DNA of 64,000 nt, taken from the NCBI GenBank assembly GCA_951406725.2, contig OX597814.1:51088001-51152000 (forward strand), written 5' to 3'. The DNA is from Octopus vulgaris. Its lineage: Eukaryota. This document shows positions 25,228-37,743 of this stretch, one piece after another (within the stretch, counting starts at the first letter, position 1; every line of letters starts with the position of its first letter). The translations under genes were made by a program, and so were the position numbers. The notes beneath the pieces are model-generated. The model was not told the origin of the DNA. It saw only the letters and a program-made list of their open reading frames with translations, and did not search any database.

Positions 25228-25699
25228 CAATGAATCTATATAATTTTAACTGTTTAGTAACTTGTTTATGTTCATTGCACCTAAAAAAATTTAATGACAT
25301 TCGCTGTCTAATTGAAGGCATCTCATTTATTAAAGCATTCATTAATGAAAACATTAACGATCTAACCCACTACAACACAGATCGAAATCATTCAGGACAA
25401 TATCCTGCAACGTGCCCCGTTCATCTTATACATCTATGCTGAGCAGTAATTTCGAGCAAGTCATAAAATGGTTTTTAAAATTATGAACTTTTTCTTTCCG
25501 ATTAAGAAAAAATTTTTAATTTAAATTTTTAAAAATTCAATCAACATAATTGTAATCTACACATTCGAAAATTTATTTCTACATTAAAAAATATACAACA
25601 TTAAGAAAGTTATGAAATATAAGCTCGGGGTACGTATCTCTAAAGTGTAGTTATGTCGAATGATGCAAGTCTAGCTACATAATAGCTGACTTATGGTGG

Positions 25700-26180
25700 G
25701 TGATTAAAAGTGAAAAGGGGGCACAAAAATTGCAATCTTTAATAACATTTAGCTGGTTTGAAGCTTGTATAATTTGCCAAATTTCAAGGCTGAGAAATAA
25801 TTATATGTATTTTCTTTTCTCGTGCAGTCAGTTTGTCTGCAATAAGAGAGTGGATGCATTTCTTCGTCTCGAGATCCTCGTGAAAGTGAAGCTATTTATA
25901 AAACTTGGGTGTTTTCCAGAGTGAAAAGTGAAAGCGTCTTCGAAAGAAAATGTCGTATGCGATCAAGACGGCAAAATAATTATGTTACTTGTATTTGCTG
26001 TAAATTGTTGGTTGGAATAGTTAAGGCCATACTCTGCTCAAGTTAATTAGAATATAATTCATGAATCCAACTTCAATGACATCACACTGAATGCTAATAC
26101 TAAATTACAATTGTCAATTAGTTTAATGGCTTCACTTTTTGACACGGAAAACACCTACTTTTGACAAAGTGAAAACTTCT
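25700..26180. promoter_or_regulatory. Cluster of IRF-E/ISRE-like AAGTGAAA motifs (candidate enhancer)
   Basis: GAAAAGTGAAAGC at 25923-25935 (full IRF-E consensus), GAAAGTGAA at ~25882, AAAAGTGAAAAG at ~25706 and AAAGTGAAAAC at ~26166, all in apparently non-repetitive sequence. Confidence 0.4.
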
Positions 26181-27451
26181 TCGGGAGTTTGAACACGAAG
26201 CGGCACCACCCAAAACATATCAGCCTACTTTAAGAAACCGATAGTGAGGAGAAGGGGAAAAACGACTGAATGAAACTGTTTCACGACATTGCCAGCAATT
26301 ATTCACCCACAACTTGGACATATTTATTTTCAATTCGCGATTAGTTTAGCATTGCTCAAAAACTCTTTCGTTTCTTATAAACCTCTGACAAACTACACAA
26401 ATGTATAGGAAATAATCTGGTGTCTTTTCACAAACAATACGGTGGGTGTATGCTTGACCATTTAGTATGCTGTGCGGAGTATAATTAAGTTCACAACTTG
26501 AACAAAAATGTCATCCTGGCCTGCCAATTACTGTAATTATTAGTAACCTAATAATTGTAATAACAATTTATTCCGATTATTATATTAGAGATGTGTTAAA
26601 ACAGGGAAAATCCACCTCTGAACAGATACAAAATTATCAAAGAAATCAAACTAAATGCTAAAATGTCAGGCAAATTAAAAACTAGACTTAAAAGTCTACT
26701 GGTCAAGTGAAAAATAACTTTTATAAAGTAGAAATGGTATGTTATGTCGTAACATCGTCTAAATTATATTCAACAACAATAACGCAACAATGAACTACAA
26801 CTTAAAATTTTCCCTATGACTAACAATCTGATCACATAAAAAAATATAAAAAATTATCCATAGCAGCATAACAAATAAACAGATATCGGCTAAAATAAGA
26901 GAAAGTAAAATAGATACATTATACTAGAAGATCGCCAAGATCAAAAATGCAAACTTTTTTTTGAAAATATGGCCTACAAAATTCACTGGGAAAACTTTAT
27001 GGAACACCAAATAAAATTCACTTTTAATTACATTATGTAGTTTAGTAGGACTTCTCACACTTATACGTCCCATAATCGAAAGATCATAGATTGTCTTATG
27101 TTTAAAAAGGGGGAAAAGTTATATCCATATTCTTATAAAATTTGCTAGTTGCACGTCACTGGCCTACATATGTAGGTAATGTTACATAAATAAATCCTTT
27201 TAATCTCAGCTAGTCAGAGAGCTTCTACGTGGTTGCTCGACCTGCTGGAAATAGTAGCCAATCTCATTCAAATCTTTGACTATTAAGGATCTCGTTTGAT
27301 AATTAATCTTGGATAAATCTATGAATAAGACAAGTGCCATTGGCCTTCGTGATCAGGGTTGACTAACACTAAAACGACAACAATATAAAAATTACGATTT
27401 AATAAAATATTCTTACTAAGAATTATATTTGTAAAAAAAAAGTCCACTTAC

Positions 27452-27660
27452 GTACAAGTAATTTTTCTAAGATTTTGTTTTTTTTTATGCTGACGTGTCT
27501 TCAAACTGACCGTAATCGGCGAATTATTACGCACTATTATTATACGAAGAAAGCTCAGGAACCAAGTGAACAAAATCCTGTTCACCAGTCTTATTTATGA
27601 AACAGTTTCAGTTTCACATCGTTTTCCCCGAATTCGAAAACACTCTACTTCCTATGAAAT
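27452..27660 (-). promoter_or_regulatory. Candidate IRF promoter and non-coding first exon (donor GTAAGT at 27451-27446)
   Basis: Consensus minus-strand donor. Upstream, ISRE AGTTTCAGTTTCA (27604-27616), GAS TTCCCCGAA (27624-27632) and ETS ACTTCCT (27647-27653) in a locally CpG-retaining segment. The coding exon at 8552 needs an upstream exon. Confidence 0.45.
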
Positions 27661-27845
27661 GAAGTCATTTGTGATGTGTGCTTTGTGTATGTGTGATATT
27701 GTTTGTATACGCCCACATACTTATTTATAAAAGAGAGAGGGAGAAAACAGATTATAAATAGACTATAAATAGAAAATATTCTTTTAGTTGTTTCAGTCAT
27801 AAGACTGCGGCCATGCTGGAGCACCGGTCTGAAGAATTTTGTGAA

Positions 27846-27890
<45 letters not shown>

Positions 27891-27899
<9 letters not shown>

Positions 27900-27980
27900 G
27901 GGTAGGCCGGTTTAAGAGGTTACCCTAGGGTTTTCGTTCATAAAGGATTTATTTAGCCTTACGGCCTACTACACTATAAT
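27891..27980. repeat. 90-bp mini-MITE/hairpin with 19-bp imperfect TIR
   Basis: attatagtggggtaggccg ... cggcctactacactataat. Confidence 0.65.
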
Positions 27981-28027
27981 AACTGCTCTACATCTTAGAA
28001 TGTGTTTCTGCTCCGGATTTATGTATT

Positions 28028-28029
<2 letters not shown>

Positions 28030-28091
<62 letters not shown>

Positions 28092-28107
28092 TACATACAT
28101 ACATACA

Positions 28108-28143
<36 letters not shown>

Positions 28144-28150
28144 TATATAT
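28030..28150. repeat. Compound (CA)n(TACA)n(TA)n microsatellite
   Basis: Directly visible. Confidence 0.95.
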
Positions 28151-28943
28151 GGGGTAGAGGTAGTCCCAGGAAGACATGGGACGAGGTGGTCAAGCATGAC
28201 CTTCGTACGTTGAGCCTCACAGAGGCTATGACGAAAGACCGAGACCTCTGGAGATATGCTATGACTTCGAAGATCCGACAAATGAAGTGAGTTCATGACT
28301 TGCAGGTCGGCCTGCTGCGTTTGAGGAGACTTATTGTGTCAAATTCATCAACATCAAAATAAAAATCGTATGGACATTGTAATTGTGATACCCGTGCCGG
28401 TGGCACGTAGGGCCTCAAAGAGGAAATGACGAAGACCGAGACCCTTGAGATATGCTGTGACTGTGAAGACCTGACAAATGAAGTGACTTCATGGCTCACA
28501 GGACGGCCTGCTGTGCTAACCTTGGATCATAGAGCGACCCACTGTTCTCGAGGAGACCTATTGAGTCAAGTACGTCAAAACCAACATCAAAATAAAAATC
28601 AAATGGAAATTGTAGCTAAGACACCTGTGCCGGTGGCACATAAAAAGCACCGTCCGAACGTGGCAGATGCCAGCGCCGCCTGACTGGCATCCATGTCGGT
28701 GACACATAAAAGCACCAACCGATCGTGGCCATTTGCCAGCCTCGTCTGGCCCCTGACCCGGTGGCACGTAAAAATTATCCACTACACTCATGGAGTGGTT
28801 AGCGTTAGGAAGGGCATCCAGCTGTAGAAACACTGCCAAACCAGACTAGAGCCTGGTGCAGCCTCCATGGCTTACCAGACCCCCGTCGAACCGTCCAACC
28901 CATGCTAGCATGGAAAACGGACATTAAATGATGATGATGATGA

Positions 28944-28946
<3 letters not shown>
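28151..28946 (+). mobile_element. RTE LINE 3' end with internal partial duplication, inserted in (TA)n
   Basis: GRGSPRKTWDEVVKHDL motif, family 3' UTR and (GAT)n tail. TA runs on both sides. Confidence 0.85.
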
Positions 28947-28983
<37 letters not shown>

Positions 28984-30984
28984 ATGAGAATGTGTGTCTG
29001 TTTGTGTGAATCCCTAAAACTCGAGAACTACACAACTGATTTCATTCAAATTTTACACAGGACTGGCCGCACTGTGCATTGGCCAAAAAACCCCACTAAA
29101 ACTATTTATATCTGACAATCTCTTTTGTGTTTCATGTGACAGACAATTGCTTTCTTGTGTTGCTGAACAGTTCCAATACTCTACCGTTAAACATTTTGTC
29201 AAATTTTGTGCATGCCAATATATATTTCTTGCAATTATTTTTCTATTTGACTTGTCACATTTTTGTACCTTATCTTGTTGGTTGCGATCAGTTACCATCT
29301 TTGTTCTTTCTTGTGCCTGCTCCAGTTATTCTGTTTTCACACTGCTGCACTCAGGGGGAGTCCTTGTAGCGGCACAAGCAGTCAGTGCCATATTGGATGA
29401 GATCTCGTGGCAGCCATTGCCATCTCTGAGACTGGAGCGAGACCTCACCTGCATCCATTTGCCATGCGCAAGATTACAACAAGGCTCGCTATGGCAAACT
29501 GTATATAAGGGCAAAGCAGAAACATATTCTCTCTCTCTGCGCCTTCACAGCAGCACTTGCTGAGGCCACTTCACTGGCTGGGCCTGTCAGCATGTTGTAC
29601 CTCCAGAGGCAATGTGCCCGCACTAACAGAGATACAACACAATGCACACAGCTTGAGATGGTTGCTGAGAGCAACACACTTCACCTATTCTGTGAAACTT
29701 GTAAATAAACTGGTTGTAAATTGCATTTGTACTTAAAAACTTCTTTCTTCGCCTGCTGGAGCCTGAACTACATGAAGAACAAGATATAATGGGAGAAGGC
29801 GATATTCTCCCGATATTGTAAACTTTGCCTTCCATTATATAGCTTATTAACAACAATAGAGAAGATTTGTAGAAAATGTATAATAATTCAAAATATATTA
29901 GACTAAAAATTATATATTTGCTTATTTAGCTAGTATCAATAAAAGACTGATACCTGGTATTAGCTAAAAGAATATTTAAGTTATAGGACATTCTAATTTT
30001 ACACTAATATTTTTTAATTAATTTTTTAAAATTAAAGCTAAGGGTTATATTATAGGTTTAAGAAGTTATTATTATTACTCCAATCATGACATTTATAGTT
30101 TCTTAGGGGTACTTAATTAGAAGGGTTATTTATATAAATACTAAGATCAAGAGAGAAAAGATAGAAGAGGAGACAGATAAGAATATGTCTGGTCTGTAAG
30201 ACAGACTGAAAGAAAAGAAAGAGAGGAAAAGAAAGATGGACAATGGTCACATGTGAGCAATGAGAGAGAGAGTAAAGGAGAAAGAGGAAGAGAGAGAAAG
30301 AGACACAAATATAAAACAGAGAAGGGGAGGAAAAAGCATTAGAGAAAAGATAAGAGAGAAAAAGCGAAAGGGGAAGAAGGGGAGAAACAAGAATCAGAGA
30401 AAGGAAGAGAGAGAAACCGAAAGTGGGAGAGAGAGAGAGAGAGAGGGCAGTACAGGGTAGATCAATCTGCACCAAATTTGGCATGAAGGTTTTTCATTAG
30501 TCAGGAAAGGTTCGAGGGGGGGTCAAATTTAGGCCTTTACCCATATATGGGGCCATAGCCCCCCCCCTTCCCGTACAACCCTTCCAATTTTTTTTTAAAG
30601 TATAATATTGTTTCACTTTTGATAAGACTATGATATTGTTTATACTACATACATACAACTGCTTACATCTCTATTTTTGTAAGCAGCTAAACACACAGGT
30701 TGTAAGTGGGAAAGTAAGCTGGCTAAAAATTCATAAAAAAATTCATTTAGTTTTGGATTGATCAATTTACCAACTAAACTAATCCAGAAATTGATCAATC
30801 CAAAACTAACTAATATTTGTAAACAAATAGCCTAGGTAAGCTCATTCTAGCCTGGGTAAGCTCATTGTTTAGATAATGTCACTTTAATCAGAGTATCTAT
30901 ATATTATTATCATATAGTTATTATTATATAATAAAGACTTTCGTAGTTGCTCTTTCAAGCCTCCACATTTGTTTACAAATATTG

Positions 30985-32150
30985 AATTGTCAGTGTGCAC
31001 ACATGACAGAGTGTAAGTGCCCTGAGAGAAATGTTGGCCATAAGAAGCATCAGATGTGGCATGCAGGAGAGACGTTTGCATTGGTATGGTCATGTACTAC
31101 AGATGGATGAGGAGAGATGTGTGAAGAAGTGTCACTCCCAAACAGTTGAAGGAATCCAGGGTAGAGGTAGACCCAGGAAGAAATGGGATGAGGTGGTCAA
31201 GCATAACTTTCGAACGTTGGGCCTCAAAGAGGCAATAACAAAAGACCGAGACCTGTGGAGATATGCTGTGACTGCGAAAACCCAACGAATGAAGTGAGTT
31301 CATGGCTCACAGGACAGCCTACTGTGCTTACCTTGGATTGTAGTGCGACCTGCTGTGCTTGAGGAGACCTATTGAGTTAAGTACATCAACATCAAAATCA
31401 AAATCAAATGGAAATTGTAGTTGTAATACCCGTATTGGTGGCACAGAAAAAGCACCAACCAATCGTGGCCGTTGCCAGCCTTCTCTTGCCCCTGTGCTGG
31501 TGGCACATAAAAAGCACCCACTACACTCACAGAGTGGTTGGCATTAGGAAGGGCATCCAGCTGTAGAAACACTGCCAGATCAGACTGGAGCCTGGTGCAG
31601 CCTCCTGGCATCCCAGATCCCAGTCGAACCGTCCAACCCATGCTAGCACGAAAAATGGACATTAAATGATGATGATGATATATATATATATATATCATAT
31701 GTGGAAGAAGTAGACCCAGGAAAACCTGGGATGAGGTGGTGAAGCATGACCTTCAAATATTGGGCCTTACCGAGGCAATGACTAGTGACCGAGACTTTTG
31801 GAGATATGCTGTGCTTGAGAAGACCCGACAAGCCAAGTGAGACCATGGCCCGTGGTCTATGCCAGTGGGTGTAACCTGCCCACTCATGAATATCCCTCAT
31901 TCATTGGACAATAAACTTTGCTTGCGAAGACCTATTGAGGCAAATGAAATCAAAATCAAAATCACTGACGTGGCCGATGACAGTATCACCTGATTGGCAC
32001 TCGTGCCAATGGAATATTAAAAGCACACCTGAACATGGGGTGTAACTGGCCCACTTCTGAGTACCCCTCATTCATTGGACAATGAACTTTGCTTGCGAAG
32101 ACCTATTCAGGCAAGTGAAAACAAATTAAAATCGCTGATATGGCTGATGA
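30985..32150 (+). mobile_element. Two adjacent RTE 3'-end fragments
   Basis: ORF 31031-31297 (RLHWYGHVLQMDE...GRGRPRKKWDEVV) with (GAT)n tail at ~31680. A second fragment restarts at ~31700. Confidence 0.85.
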
Positions 32151-33170
32151 TACCATCTTTGGCAGTAATTACAGCTTGAATTCTTTGAGGTATGGACTCC
32201 TACAAAGTTTGAATTGTTTCCAAAGGAATTTTTGTCCATTCTTCAACTAAAACAGTCTCCAGTTCTTGTAGTGATGAATGTGGAAGGTATCGACTCCTTA
32301 CTTGTTTTTCTAAAATACACCATAAATGCTCAATAATGTTGAGATCCGGGGACTATGGTAGTCAGATAAGACGTTCAACTTCACTAGAATGTTCCTTGTG
32401 CAATTCAGTAACAACTTTAGCTGCGTGAATTGATGCATTATCAACCTGAAAGAGTGTGTTTCCCTCTGGAAACAGTTCCGCAACCATAGGATGAATTTGA
32501 TCTGATAAAATGCTTAGTCTTTACTATTAATTCTGCCATGAAGGGAAACCATTGGGCCAGCAGTTTTCCAAGATATAGTCCCCTAGATCATCACAGATCC
32601 TCCTCCATGTTTAACAGTTGGAAGAAGGCCGTTTAGGTCAAATGCTTCTTTTGGCTGTCTCCACATGTATACTTGGCTGGTGGTCAGAAATGAGGTAAAG
32701 GATGACTCGTCCAAGAAAATAACATTCTTCCACTGCTCTAAGGACCAATTTTGTAGGTTTTTACTCCACTCTAAACGCTTTGCAATTTTTGTTTTTGAAA
32801 ATAGTGGTTTTCTGATTGCAGCCCCACCATGAAATCCGGCTTTGTGCAGCTCCCAGATAACAGTTTTTGTGGAAACTGGGTTCTTGAGGTGGTCATTAAG
32901 TTTTGAAGTAATTTTGGGAGCTGTACTTTTGTGATCCTTTCTAAAAATTCGTGTAAGAGTCCGACGGTCCCTATCTGAAAGTTTTGGTTTTCTTCTGGGG
33001 TATGTACGTACATATGTATGTAGGACTTTCAAAGAGGCCAAATTGTTGGTCCTTGTATTACAGGAGCTAGTGTAATGTAAACAGCTGAAATGTTTGGTGT
33101 ATCAAGAAGTACTGTCTTGAAAGTAATGACAGCTTTTGAAAAAGAGGGAAAAACCTCCTCATCGAAAGTA
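32150..33170 (-). mobile_element. Degenerate Tc1 (DD34E) transposon
   Basis: WKNVIFLDESSF, TVKHGGGSVMI, FQVDNASIHA and PDLNIIEHLW motifs. Confidence 0.9.
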
Positions 33171-33504
33171 TGTATATATGTATGTATGTATATTAAATAT
33201 ATATGATTTAAGTTATAGAATGAAGTTTGACAAATTCAATCATATTTTTCATAAATGGAGGAGATTAGATGTTGACATGGAATAAAATATTTATTCAATT
33301 CATTAGATGATTGTTTCATACAGAAAGACAATAAATTCATTTTAAGAATCACAGTTGTCAAAGAGCACAATAAGAAAAAATAAGACCTTAATAAAGATAA
33401 AGGTGGACTTCAGAATTATACAGGTATTGTATTATTACTAATTTTTAATATGTAGTTGTTCTAGGAGTCATGTCTATTTAAAACATGAGAATCTAGTCAA
33501 TATA

Positions 33505-33545
<41 letters not shown>

Positions 33546-34479
33546 TTAAAACATGCGAACGAAGTCAATGTATATATATATATATCATCATCATCATCAT
33601 CATCATTTAGCATCTGCTTTCCATGCTAGCATGGGTTGGACGGTTCAACTGGGGTCTGGGAATATATATATATATATACAACAGCTTCTTTTAGTCTACA
33701 TCTACCAAATCTATTCACAAGATTTTGATTGCCCAGTGGCAAAAGTAGAAAACACTTGCCCAGGGTGCCACGCAGTGGGACTGAACACGGAACCATGGGA
33801 AGCAAACTTCTTACCACACAGACATGCCTGTGCTTACATACATATGTATGGTGTAAGCTCAAATTAACAAGAAAGAATAAATCTAGTCTAAGCAGGAGTC
33901 TCTAAATAACTCTTAAATCACACCTTAATGTCTTTAAAAAGAACTCATTCTGATAATGTAATCCTTTATACCTTGCACTTACGATAAAATAAAACAACCA
34001 TGACTAGAATATAATTGTTCATAGATCCTAGCATGGAGTGGGGGACAAAGCAACAAGGAAGGAAAGTTGTCTTTCTATCCTGTCTATTTAGACCTTTGTT
34101 TCTCAAGCCAATCCTAACTTCTTGACACTAATCATTATGTTGGCAATAAAGTATTAAATCTGGCTGACACAATATGTGTGTGTGTGTGTGTCAATGTATG
34201 TGGATGAATGCCTTTGTGTTTATATACATGTATGTTTGTGTAAATTTCAATATTTTTTGTACATCTTTTATTCTTCACTTGTTCCAGTCATTAGACTGCA
34301 GTTATGCTGAGGCACTGCCCTGAGGAATTTTAATCAAATGCATCAACCTCTTTATTCTTTAAGTCTGGTACTTATTCTATTGACCTCTTTTGCTAAAACA
34401 CTAGGTTACAAGGACATAAAGACACCAACACCAGTTGTCAAGCAATGGTGGAGGACAAACACATATACAAAGACAAACA

Positions 34480-35660
34480 AGTGTCTAATTCTGATTCAGC
34501 AATTTGATGCCTCTATAATTACTTCTACCTAAGGCATCTCCCTTACCCTTGTAGCAGCTAACTATAATGTTGCTACACCAGTCACTGAGAATTACATATT
34601 TCTGAATAACCTGATTAACTATACAGGTGACTGGACCATATCCTACTCTACCAAATATTTTAAGCATCTCAACAATGACTACTGATGGACTAGGAGCTTT
34701 TCCTGTCTTCATATCTTTAATTGCATTATCTATCATACTGCTATCAACTGGGACAGCTGGTCCCTCTGCTGGGGTCACTCCTAATCATTCTCCATATTTA
34801 ATAGCCTTTCATAGTAGCTATTCCATGCCCGCCTTTTCAGAGTCACTAAGTGCAAGCATACCATTATCTACCTGTATTGACTTCTCTCCCACAGCATCTC
34901 AATTCTCTCTGACACACTGTCTAGCACCTCAAGTCTCTGATCTTCATGCTGTAAAACATTGGCAAACCTCTTCCTTTCTGTTTCTGCCCTAGCTAGATAA
35001 ACCTAACACCTAGCTTCTCTTTTAGCTATCTGATATGGTTCTTTCCACTCTTTCCAAACCCATCTCTTCTTTTTATGGCCCTGTTGACCTCACTATTCCA
35101 CCATGATGTCACCCTTGATTTGGCAGAAGCTTTACTCCAACCACAGTTTTGGTCTGTTGTCCTCAGTAGATTGTCTCATTAGAACTTCCAGTTGTCATAT
35201 GTCATATGTCTCTGTCTTTTCCTCCTTTGCATTAAAGGCTTCATTCAGAACATCTCTAATCATCTTGTTTGAAGGATCCCTGAGCTTCCATCTCTTCCTT
35301 TTCCATATTAGTTTGTGTCTCTGGAGCTTTCTAACTCTAAGTCTGCCGTCACCACTAATCTATGTTGTGTTGTTCATTCTTCACTTAAGAAGGATTTTAC
35401 ATTCTTGAATATCCACCTGTCCTTGTTTCAGGTGAAAATGTAGTCAATAGTGGATAATGGCATGACCACTAGATTGATAAGTAATCAGATGGCTGGCAGA
35501 TTACCTCAAGTTAGTGTTGCAAATAAGGAATTGCGTCACAAAACTCCAGCTGCCTTGTTCTCTCCTTGTTTCTAGAACTGACGCCATAATCTCCATGCAC
35601 ACCATGAAATCTAGTGATGTGTTTTCCATCAGGACCATTGAAGTCCTCAGCAACATTTAT
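34480..35660 (-). mobile_element. Degenerate RTE LINE fragments (endonuclease to RT)
   Basis: MKTGKAPSPS, CYKGKGDALGRSNYRGIKLL and DFNG..G / G.YGV..RN.E...LEFCDA motifs. Confidence 0.8.
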
Positions 35661-37328
35661 GTACAGGTATGGCTGTGTGGTAAGAAGCTTGCTTTGCAAC
35701 CATGTGCTTTCGCATTCAGTTCAACTTGGGCAAGTGTCTTATACTATTGCTTTGGGCTAATCAATGCCTTGTGAGTGAATTTTGTAGATGGAAACTGTGT
35801 AGAAATCTGTTGTATATGTGTTTCTATCTGTGTGCGTGTGCGTGTGTGTGTATGTGTGTGCGTGTGTGTGTATACATTTGTGTCTGTGTTTTTTTTGCAA
35901 CTGATTGATGACCAATGATGGTTTGTTTATGTCCCCCTAACATAGCAGATCAGCAAAAGAGTCTAGTATCATGCTCCAACATCTATTTTTGCATGGTTTT
36001 TACAGTCGAATATCCTTCCTAACGCCAAACACATTACAGTGTGTACTGGGTACTTTCTTCACAGCACCAGTACTAGTTACCAAGTAACTCACAAGACTAA
36101 AGAACCCTATCGACTAGGTGAGAGTATAGTAGACAGTAGGTGGTGTCATGCTAAGTGTCGAGAGGTTAAATTATAAGAGAGGTTTCTTGTTAAAGAGGAG
36201 ATACATAGCAACCTTATATTGTATAAGAGTGTGTAGGAGTTATTTGGTGGAGCTAGAAAGAAAGATAAAGATTGTGCCAACAAGATGTCAAAGTGTACCA
36301 CTGAGGCACACATAGATATATAGAAGAGAGAGTAAGAAGAAAAGATTGAGAAGAGAGGTTAGGTAGAATTTACAAGAGAGTATGGGAAGAAGACCCCATA
36401 CTCTGCAACAGAAATGTTAAGACCGATCCTTCTGGTGGTGTAAAGCACTCATGGTAGTACCACATAAAAGTACCTGTGTAACAACATGTAAAAGTGTTCA
36501 TGTGGCATCACGTAAAACTGCCCATGTGAAACCACATAAAAGTGCCTATGCAGTGTCACATATAAGAACCCAGCTTACTCTGTAAAGCGGTTGGCGTTAG
36601 GAAGGGCATCCAACCATAGAAACCATGCCTAAGCAGATTGGAGTCAGGTGCGGCTCCCCAGCTTGTCAGCTCGGGATGACGATGACAACAATGATATGGG
36701 ATGTGTGAAGGAGGGTTAGAGATAGAGTAAGGTTGGAGTGAATGTAGTGAATAGTAAATAAGGGTAGATGGCTGGTGAGTGATAAATACTAGGTAGAAGG
36801 AAGGTTGGGAGGATGTGATGAGTGGAAGTACAGAAAGCATGAAGAACAACAGAATAAAAATAATACAGTAGATAGGAGAAGAATGAGAGGAAAGATGATG
36901 GGTGGATGGATAGTTAGAGTGCAAATGTGTGTAGTTAGAAACAAGCTGATAAGGGTGGAGGTAGTCAGTGGTACATAGGGGTCAGTCAACAGGAAGTGGC
37001 TCAAGGGAGTGGATGAGGTAACTAGTAGCATAGAAAAGGTGATGGAGAGAAGTATGTGGGTGGAGTGGGATAGTGTTAAAAGTGAAGGTGAAGGAAGGAT
37101 GTTAAAGGAAGTGGTTATGCGTAGGTAAAGAGATAATTGGTAGGACAGAAAAGGATGTTGAAATACATAGTTAAGCGCTCATTTAATTACACCAACAGAA
37201 CACTATAGTAGTTACAAGAGTGGTAGGAAGACCAGTGATATGGGTAGGAAAGTTTAGTGCACTTAAAAAAACAAAATTTAAACTCGGTTGAAGACATGAT
37301 TAAAAGCAATCCTATAAAATAAACCACT

Positions 37329-37743
37329 TGTAACGAAGATCTGTTATCGATTCACTGAAAGGGTGTCGATATCCGATCTAGTCACATACAATTTTATAAG
37401 ACAATACAGACGAAGTCAGGTTGTAGGTAAAAGACAGCAGTTCGTTTATTTATTGCGATGGCGTACATGTCTGATGGGAGAAGGACAGCCTCTGATGTAC
37501 AGCTTCTTGTTAGTTTGTTGAAGTTTGTTGATGGTCGTTGGCGGCTATGTCGGTGAGGTTGTCAGAGCCTGTTGAATGTATGTCCGTTCGCTGTGGGCTG
37601 ACTTGCCGGAGAGAAAGATTTGAGTTTGGCGGGCCTGAGGGAATGTTTCCCGCACATGCGCATGGGGAAGACTTCCGGTGGCCACCCGGAAGTAGTCCCA
37701 TTCTGCGCATGCGCGCTGAACCCTACACAGTAGCATCACTACA
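37329..37743 (-). repeat. 3' LTR
   Basis: TG...CA bounded; about 9 differences from the 5' LTR. Confidence 0.95.

Noticed and set aside
29060-29850. GC-richer block with several overlapping short ORFs
   Set aside because: No recognisable protein motif or splice chain. Probably a decayed repeat that I cannot classify.
30130-30455. Arg/Glu/Lys-rich ORF and antisense hydrophobic ORF (similar at 36.7-37.1 and 46.25-46.6 kb)
   Set aside because: GA-rich low-complexity sequence.
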